Shown here: positions 55,816 through 61,883 of the stretch, piece by piece
Position numbering within the stretch: the stretch's first letter is position 1
Layout: every line of letters starts with the position of its first letter
Virus record (IMG/VR): IMGVR_UViG_3300044726_000045
Location: 1-61,883 of that record
Length of the DNA: 61,883 nt
Source: a virus
Lineage: Duplodnaviria; Caudoviricetes
Direction: 5' to 3' (one strand)
Program-made: the position numbers and the translations under genes
The notes under the pieces: model-generated
The model's input: only the letters and a program-made list of their open reading frames with translations
Database searches by the model: none
Told to the model about the DNA's origin: nothing

Positions 55816-57785
55816 CAGGCACTCTCCTCTACCGCATGGTACGTAGGCTGTTCCTGTTCCTTCTTCAGCTTGTCCACGTTGGCGTAAACACTTTGCGGGA
55901 TCATCAGGGTCGGAATGCGATACAGCCCCCAAATTTCTCGCCGCATGGTCAAACCATACGTTACTCCAGCCAAGGCGTCGGAACAGTCCTTACTGCCACC
56001 GGGTGGGTGGTCTACTTTCCCTGTCTTCACGTCCTTTTCCAACATCAGAATTTCACGTTGAACCTTCAAATGCGTCGGGCAATTTATCCGACCTTCGTAG
56101 AATGCCGTCTTCGTGAAGTCATACGCTCGGCACGGCATTTCATCCATGCTCTGGTGACCCGTGATCAAACCCTGCTGCCGCAGAATCTGTTGAGAGTCGC
56201 TGGACTGGAACTGGTCGAACGTCACCCAGATGATGTTCAGTCCCATCTTCTTCAGGACAATGATCACCTCTCGGACCTTACTCAGCAAAATTTCGCAATT
56301 CCGTGGTGGCCGTATCTCCAAGACACCATCGATCCAAATGTTCGGCATGAACGCAGGCTGACCCTTGTCCCCCGACACATTCTTGAATCCCGTGACCGTA
56401 CCAACCACCAAACCAGCACTATCCCCGCTCAGCGCCAAGTCGCAATGCGCGAACCTCGGCACCTCGGGATTCCAGAAATTTCCCTTCAACAGCGTCAACC
56501 GTTGCGCCACAAAATCTACAACAGGCTGACTGAAAATAGACTGGCGTGTCGTGAATCCCTTGTGGACCTTGTTGACTTCCAAGAAGAACGGATGACGAGC
56601 CAGCGTAGAGACACCGGCTATTTCTCGCAGGGCGTTGATGACGTCCTTCTCAAACTCCAGCCGGAACTCTTCTGGAACCGACACCACGAACGGTCGATCA
56701 TCGTCCGGAACTTCTTCATCCTTGAACAGAATCCGTGGCTTCTGGGTCATGGTCCCGCCAAAGACTTGGAACCACCCCTGATTGCCGAAATCCTCTGGCT
56801 TTATATCCCAGACACGTTTGTCATAGACAAAAATCGTCGCATCGCGTTCTGCCTCGGCAACCTTCTGATCAGTGAACTGCCCCGGATATTTCTTCGAAGA
56901 TACGAGGCAGAGGATTCCCGGTAGTTTGCCATTCTCCATGAAGCGCGACTTTCGACGTCGAGCAATCGAGTTATAGACGAGGATGGCTTGGTCATAGGTT
57001 CCTTTATCAACGGCCACTCGGGATTTCTCCACGACGGCCATGTAGTTCAACTCGTCAATGAGACCGCCCATCACGTTCTGGCCAATGGCGGCAGTCTCCG
57101 CACCGGAGATCGGGATCACTTCCACACGGTTCGGGAACACGAGCTTGTTCGTCAGGTCTTTCCGGAACGGATAGTATTTGTGGAAGTAGGGACTCCCCTC
57201 AATCATGCTACGGAACCGCTGGTAGTCCACGCCCTGCGCCAACGTCTTCGTGATGGACTGGAACACGAGCAGGATTTCCGACGATGGGTCCAATCGAAAC
57301 TGCTTGTGCGGAGAGTGCATGCAGGACAGCAGGTACAACTGGTAGGCGTTCGTGTAAAGCGCCAGTGTGGTCTTGCCTGAGCCGATGCCTCCGGTCATGA
57401 TGGCTTCAACGTAGCCACCACCGTTCAACTCCTCAGCGGCTTCCAGCACACCGGGATAGATTTCCTTCTCTTTATTCAGGAAGTCCGGACTACAGATGAA
57501 CTCTCTGATCCCGACAGGCTTCCACCGATACTGCACGAAGTCTTTGGCAGGCGACGGCTTCCCACTTAACTCGCTCTCGACATGCACCACGGTCTGGGCG
57601 TAGAACATCGCCCGTTCATTCAGGTTGGTAATCTTCTGGCCGGTCTCCCAGATTTTCTCAGCCGCATCGGGGCCAAGAAACTTTCGTAGATACAGGTGAG
57701 CACGGTCGTTCACCTCATCCAGACGCTTTTCATCGATCTTCTCTGGACTCAGGGACTTACCCGAACCCCGTTTGAAAACCAGCAT
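55815..57785 (-). CDS. terL: Terminase large subunit
   Basis: Walker A GGIGSGKT, Walker B GGLIDE, nuclease HCDLA..GD, TFDQFQS, KVDHP..GSKDCSDA. Confidence 0.93.
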   Translation of the reverse strand: MLVFKRGSGKSLSPEKIDEKRLDEVNDRAHLYLRKFLGPDAAEKIWETGQKITNLNERAMFYAQTVVHVESELSGKPSPAKDFVQYRWKPVGIREFICSPDFLNKEKEIYPGVLEAAEELNGGGYVEAIMTGGIGSGKTTLALYTNAYQLYLLSCMHSPHKQFRLDPSSEILLVFQSITKTLAQGVDYQRFRSMIEGSPYFHKYYPFRKDLTNKLVFPNRVEVIPISGAETAAIGQNVMGGLIDELNYMAVVEKSRVAVDKGTYDQAILVYNSIARRRKSRFMENGKLPGILCLVSSKKYPGQFTDQKVAEAERDATIFVYDKRVWDIKPEDFGNQGWFQVFGGTMTQKPRILFKDEEVPDDDRPFVVSVPEEFRLEFEKDVINALREIAGVSTLARHPFFLEVNKVHKGFTTRQSIFSQPVVDFVAQRLTLLKGNFWNPEVPRFAHCDLALSGDSAGLVVGTVTGFKNVSGDKGQPAFMPNIWIDGVLEIRPPRNCEILLSKVREVIIVLKKMGLNIIWVTFDQFQSSDSQQILRQQGLITGHQSMDEMPCRAYDFTKTAFYEGRINCPTHLKVQREILMLEKDVKTGKVDHPPGGSKDCSDALAGVTYGLTMRREIWGLYRIPTLMIPQSVYANVDKLKKEQEQPTYHAVEESA

Positions 57786-57789
57786 GTTC

Positions 57790-58404
57790 CTACCGTGCTT
57801 CCACGATACGTGGAATTTTACGAGCGTCGAAAATCTGATCAACCATGGTAATCGCTTCGAACACTTGCTTCTGGATACTCGTGCCATCGGGCAGAGTGGT
57901 AGTCTGTGCCGCTCCTCGTACCGTCGTCACACCCACCGGGCCTTTGAACTCATCCAGCCCCAGATCAAACCTGACCTTCTGAAGATCCAGCAACATTTTT
58001 CGGTAGCTCTCCAGCACATCGTTCATGATGGGCATGGTGGTATTCCACTTCTCTTCCTTCTCCACCAGTTTCATCACACGATCTCGCTGAATCTGTGCCA
58101 TTTCCTCCAGTCGAGCAATCACCGGAGTGGACACATTTTCCAGCAACCTCACCTGTGGGGTCGCCCCAGCCGCAATCAGTTTGGCAACTTCTGGCCCGTA
58201 AGCTCCCTCTGCGGCGTGAATCCGTAGCCGGGTCAACTGCCGGGTCAACGTCTTCTCCGACATTTTCTGAAACAGCCCCCACCCGTCCGGTGGTGCTTGC
58301 TGAAGAATACGAGCCACGCTCATCGCGGGTTTGCCCCGCATCAGCATGTTCAGGATCTTGCTGAACTTCTCTTCCCCCAGTTCTTGCAAGCGTTCGAAGG
58401 CCAT
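57790..58404 (-). CDS. terS: Probable terminase small subunit
   Basis: Helical 204-aa ORF directly upstream of terL with an HTH-like N-terminus. Confidence 0.6.
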   Translation of the reverse strand: MAFERLQELGEEKFSKILNMLMRGKPAMSVARILQQAPPDGWGLFQKMSEKTLTRQLTRLRIHAAEGAYGPEVAKLIAAGATPQVRLLENVSTPVIARLEEMAQIQRDRVMKLVEKEEKWNTTMPIMNDVLESYRKMLLDLQKVRFDLGLDEFKGPVGVTTVRGAAQTTTLPDGTSIQKQVFEAITMVDQIFDARKIPRIVEAR

Positions 58405-58525
58405 ACTTACCTCTTACTCTTCAACACCCGGTCTAGTTGACTCCCACACTTCGGACAGGTCTTCGTGTAGCCTCTGACGCTACACCGGCACGTCCAACAC
58501 CACCACACTTCCATGACCTGTCGCC

Positions 58526-58927
58526 TTAGTTCTGGCCACCGAGGCAATTCCGACCCACTTCCAACATCACTTTAGGGCCAGCAAACGATGCCTTCAAGGC
58601 GGTGCCAGCGAGTCTCAGCAGGGGTCGTTCACTACCCATCAAGGTCTCCACCAGTGGTTCCACCGTGTTCACGATAAACGACGCTACGGGTCTGGCGTTC
58701 TTGCACTCCAACGAAGTCATCAAGGCATCGAGTTCGCCTTGAGCCTTGGTCAACGGACTGTCCTTCACCAGTGGTAACACCCCGCACGTGTGCGTAATGT
58801 CAGGCGTCGGTTCATCCATGCCCACAATGCGAAGGGCATTGCACTCGTGGGCGGTAGGAACCACGATCTGCTTGTCGCCGCACCCACCAGATAGCACTGC
58901 GATGAACACCAACATGGCTCGTGGCAT
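58526..58927 (-). CDS. Predicted lipoprotein
   Basis: Hydrophobic leader ending LSGG-C. Confidence 0.55.
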   Translation of the reverse strand: MPRAMLVFIAVLSGGCGDKQIVVPTAHECNALRIVGMDEPTPDITHTCGVLPLVKDSPLTKAQGELDALMTSLECKNARPVASFIVNTVEPLVETLMGSERPLLRLAGTALKASFAGPKVMLEVGRNCLGGQN

Positions 58928-58936
58928 CCATCTATT

Positions 58937-59221
58937 TTACCGCTGCTTCTTTGCATCCTCCAACAGATTCCGGACCCACGCATCGTAGGCTTCATCGATG
59001 CTCACTTCACCGATAGCTTGGCTCAAGCTGTAGGCGTCATCGGATGCGTTCAAGAGAACCTTGTTCACTTTCTCCTGAAACGTCTGCCGCGCCGTCGCCA
59101 CCATCGTTCTGGCTTCTTCCAGCGCGGTCTCTCGCGTGGTCTTCGGTTCGTGACTCGGCGTACCCGGTTGCTTCGGTGCTGACTTTTGCATCCCGCACTC
59201 CTTTGCTGCAATCAGTTGCAA
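58937..59221 (-). CDS. Hypothetical protein (start probably MQKSA)
   Basis: AAGGAG before the internal Met. Confidence 0.6.
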   Translation of the reverse strand: MQLIAAKECGMQKSAPKQPGTPSHEPKTTRETALEEARTMVATARQTFQEKVNKVLLNASDDAYSLSQAIGEVSIDEAYDAWVRNLLEDAKKQR

Positions 59222-59335
59222 AACCGAGTGGCTGTGACGTATGTGCTCCCCAGCATGGACGTAAGCGTGACCAAACGTCTACATCCGGCACAGGCCACCC
59301 GGCCTTGGCAAGTCTATGACCCAGCCCTTACCTTG

Positions 59336-59899
59336 TCAAACGTTGTGGGCTGGTACCTTCCACGACCCCACCCTTGGTGGGCTAAAACGTATCCCCGGAA
59401 TGTATCGAACGATCATGCTGTCAAACAACGCCCCCGTGGGCTTCCCCGTCTTCGGGTCGAGCTTCGGTGCGCCGTTCTCCCAAAACGCAATCCGCTTGTC
59501 ACAGAACAGCACCTCCGTCGCACCATACAAGACATGATGATGGAAGGCTTTCGTAATACGAACAGGCAAGAGCAACGTCGTGGTGAACCCATACGTGGCT
59601 TCCTTCTTCGCCTTCTCCAACATCATGGCCACGAACGGCCCGTATGGTGGATTGCTGTAGCCTGTCTTCCCGAAGCCCGTCCATGCAGCGGTCAGGGCAT
59701 CGTCATCGTATAGACTACCCGGCCCGAACCACACCGGACACAAATGCCGCTTCGTGTCAGCCGTCAGGTCGATATCAAACGGGCCATGCGTTTTCACCAG
59801 TTGAGCGAACACCGCTGGTGGAGTCTCCAAACACGCATTACCCGCCGTGACGTCCTTCGACGTATGGGCGGCAAACTTCTCCTTCGTCGCAGTGTTCAT
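59336..59899 (-). CDS. dam: Phage DNA N6-adenine methyltransferase (Dam-type)
   Basis: ETPP, FDIDLTA, NPPYG, LLPVR, RIAF. Confidence 0.88.
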   Translation of the reverse strand: MNTATKEKFAAHTSKDVTAGNACLETPPAVFAQLVKTHGPFDIDLTADTKRHLCPVWFGPGSLYDDDALTAAWTGFGKTGYSNPPYGPFVAMMLEKAKKEATYGFTTTLLLPVRITKAFHHHVLYGATEVLFCDKRIAFWENGAPKLDPKTGKPTGALFDSMIVRYIPGIRFSPPRVGSWKVPAHNV

Positions 59900-60174
59900 G
59901 GCTGTGGTGGTCGGAGACCTTCTTGCAGCATGTTGAGAACACGTTGCAGTTCCAGCATCTCGTTCCGCATGATCTGCAACTTGTCGGCAATCTCATCCCG
60001 CTCCTGCTCCGTGGGGATGCCGTTACGGAGCGTCCGAATCAATTCATCCACCCGTTTCGTATTGATCTGTTCGGGCATAGACGACCTCAGTGTAAATGCT
60101 TTTCCAACTCTACCGCTTTCTCCAGCAACAGATTCGCAAGTTGACGTGCTTGTGAGGCCGGGAGAGCCAACCAC
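59896..60174 (-). CDS. Hypothetical protein (start probably MPEQI near 60078)
   Basis: Helical; coupled to the methyltransferase. Confidence 0.55.
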   Translation of the reverse strand: MVGSPGLTSTSTCESVAGESGRVGKAFTLRSSMPEQINTKRVDELIRTLRNGIPTEQERDEIADKLQIMRNEMLELQRVLNMLQEGLRPPQP

Positions 60175-60416
60175 GCCACAGGCTTTCCGAACTCCATACG
60201 GATAACACCGTTCTTGACGTCGGTGCCCATGGCGATGGCTAGTTCACCCTGATCGTCCGGTCGCATCTTCCCGAAGGGAAACTGGCCAGTGGCTCCAATC
60301 TTGGCGTTGAAACCACGTCGATACAGATCGACCAACCACTCGTAGGAAATCTGCTTCTCTGCGGCGTATTTCTGAATTTCCTTGCGAACGTCGTCTGGTA
60401 GCTCTACGTCAGGCAT
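60087..60416 (-). CDS. Phage hypothetical protein
   Basis: GATGQFP.GK...DD.GEL...EFGKPVAWL. Confidence 0.7.
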   Translation of the reverse strand: MPDVELPDDVRKEIQKYAAEKQISYEWLVDLYRRGFNAKIGATGQFPFGKMRPDDQGELAIAMGTDVKNGVIRMEFGKPVAWLALPASQARQLANLLLEKAVELEKHLH

Positions 60417-60418
60417 GG

Positions 60419-60619
60419 TTACCCCGTCTTTTCGCTGTAGAGATTGTCGAGGATTTCGTACTGGCGTTCGGACAGAGAATGACGGGATTCGAACTGCTCC
60501 GTTACCGACTCAAGGAAGTTTTCTTCCCACTTGCTGAGATCCTTGACTGGTGTTTTCAGAGCTTCCAACATGCGTTGGATGGCTTCCTGTCGGGCCGATG
60601 GGTTGGGCACCGGGGGCAT
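60419..60619 (-). CDS. Hypothetical protein
   Basis: LSKWEENFLESV.......LSERQ..IL. Confidence 0.7.
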   Translation of the reverse strand: MPPVPNPSARQEAIQRMLEALKTPVKDLSKWEENFLESVTEQFESRHSLSERQYEILDNLYSEKTG

Positions 60620-60850
60620 AGAATACCTCTCGTGGTTCAGGGGCTTGCTGGTATTGAAAACAGGCGATGGCGGTAGCAGGCATGTCCAAGGGTGGGTCTA
60701 ACTTTCGAAACAAACACCAGCCCCGCTCCAAATGCTGGCCTGTCCACCGATTATGCGCCCAGATGCCCCAATCCTTTTTCCAGAACACGCAGGTTTGGCA
60801 GCAAGGCATGAAGTCATGGTTAGTAGCACGATGACAAATGCCCTGTCAAA

Positions 60851-61174
60851 TCACTTGTATAGGATGCGATTTTGGTTGACACCTGACTGTCCTGTGCGGA
60901 CATTCCAGCGTGTCACTTTCTTCTTTTTGTGAAGCATCTCCATGCGTCCGTAGATCGCTTGATACCCGATATACAGGCCCTTATCGTCTCTCAACCTCGC
61001 CCGAATGTTCTGGGCGGATAGACCCGGAGACTCCTTCAGAACGGCCAGAATTCCGGCATCAATTCGCTGGAACCGACGACGCTGATGAACAATGGCTATG
61101 ATCACCAAGACCACAACCACCAGCACAACGATGCTGATGTTGATAGCGATGTAATGCTCAGAGCGTCCGATCAT
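60851..61174 (-). CDS. Membrane-anchored protein with wHTH-like C-terminus
   Basis: N-terminal TM; ILAVL....LSAQNI...L.......IY..ME.L. Confidence 0.6.
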   Translation of the reverse strand: MIGRSEHYIAINISIVVLVVVVLVIIAIVHQRRRFQRIDAGILAVLKESPGLSAQNIRARLRDDKGLYIGYQAIYGRMEMLHKKKKVTRWNVRTGQSGVNQNRILYK

Positions 61175-61881
61175 GTGACCCTACACACCTCGCAGGTCTG
61201 GTAGATTTCGCACTCACACACCCGCTGGTTCACTCGCATCCCTTGGTCAATGAGCTTCTGGGCATCTGCCGAGATAGCAGGGTCCAGAGCTTGCCGCACC
61301 GCGTTCACGATCATGTCGTTGACCATACGCTTCGGGTCATCCTTGTTCTCGTTGGACAGTGACCAATCCACGACCGCCATGTCAGTGATTTCGTCCTTCC
61401 ACCGCTTGGCTTTCTCAATCCACTCCAGCGCATGAGGAATACACGGTCCATGCTCTGGACATTCTGGAATGGCGGCAAGCAACTGTGCGCGAGATTCGAT
61501 TAGTTGGTTATCTACTTCGACTTCCAACCGCTTACTCTCCAACTGCTGCACCAGTTCAGTGATGCGTTGGTCCTTGCGTTCACGAACCTCTCGGAGCGAC
61601 GAATCCAACCGTGCTACGTCAGCCTCCAGCCGCGCTACCTCATCCGTCTTCTGGCCAGCCACTGTGATGGCATGGGCAATGTTCTCATACCGTGTCGGCT
61701 TATCGAGGGCTGGACGTCTAGCCATCAGGGCATCGATGGACCCCAATTCATTGGCGGCTTGCAGAATCAGACCCTTCGCCGTAGCGATGTAGTCCTGATC
61801 CACTTCAATACGAGCCAACGACTCAGGCTCTACTGACACACTCAGGAACAAACGTAATTTCGCGGTCAGGTCTTCAATCAT
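61171..61881 (-). CDS. Coiled-coil hypothetical protein (may extend beyond the window)
   Basis: 236 aa open to the window edge. Confidence 0.7.
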   Translation of the reverse strand: MIEDLTAKLRLFLSVSVEPESLARIEVDQDYIATAKGLILQAANELGSIDALMARRPALDKPTRYENIAHAITVAGQKTDEVARLEADVARLDSSLREVRERKDQRITELVQQLESKRLEVEVDNQLIESRAQLLAAIPECPEHGPCIPHALEWIEKAKRWKDEITDMAVVDWSLSNENKDDPKRMVNDMIVNAVRQALDPAISADAQKLIDQGMRVNQRVCECEIYQTCEVCRVT

Positions 61882-61883
61882 GC

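Larger units (their letters stand above)
1032..59220. repeat. Dispersed 14-bp palindrome TGCAAYYRRTTGCA (about 22 copies)
   Basis: Exact copies start at 1032, 12032, 21081, 27788, 34693, 44940, 50365, 59207; 11 single-mismatch and 3 double-mismatch copies. Confidence 0.85.
1..61883 (-). mobile_element. Segment of a tailed dsDNA bacteriophage genome
   Basis: Terminase, portal, MuF, fibre, PolA and ligase genes; dense, co-oriented, translationally coupled ORFs; no host housekeeping operon or integrase seen. Confidence 0.95.

Noticed and set aside
19432-57785. Inteins or introns in polA, ligase or terL
   Set aside because: Motifs are collinear at ordinary lengths; no splicing or homing-endonuclease signatures noticed
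1-61883. Long plus-strand ORFs (e.g. 24581..25744, 55836..56924, 51550..52494, 39626..40429)
   Set aside because: Antisense shadows of well-supported minus-strand genes in GC-rich DNA; no motifs
1-61883. Stop-codon reassignment
   Set aside because: Core genes are intact in the standard code and end in TAA, TAG and TGA
1-61883. Prophage boundaries, integrase or reverse-transcriptase/DGR system
   Set aside because: No recombinase or RT motifs, att-like repeats or host genes seen; lifestyle cannot be determined from this window

Overview
This window is a ~62 kb segment of a large, GC-rich tailed dsDNA phage genome, with almost every gene on the minus strand. Reading in transcription order (right to left): a Dam-type methyltransferase and small/large terminase (55.8-59.9 kb); three Pro-linker proteins; a promoter-dense block of small early genes with an ATP-dependent DNA ligase, HAD, SLOG and RapZ-CTD proteins (39-51.6 kb); collagen/tail-collar fibre genes (32.5-39.1 kb); two effector-like genes (HD+ADP-ribosyltransferase, zincin); a cluster with a tRNA-like RNA, truncated PPDK, CsrA-like protein, two Cx5R phosphatases and a bL12-domain protein (22.8-29.1 kb); family A DNA polymerase; portal; and a ~12 kb array of multi-domain effector-like genes between what look like the two halves of a MuF head-morphogenesis gene. 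Strongest leads: (1) a short K-[FW][DN]..[HQ]PR..G.[FW]-type peptide tag found 13 times in 7 ORFs, mostly at the start of a new module; (2) the PPDK/phosphatase/RNA cluster; (3) a 69-nt tRNA-like RNA with its own promoter; (4) a 14-bp palindrome TGCAAYYRRTTGCA found about 22 times every few kb. All family calls come from motif recognition by eye; no database searches were run.
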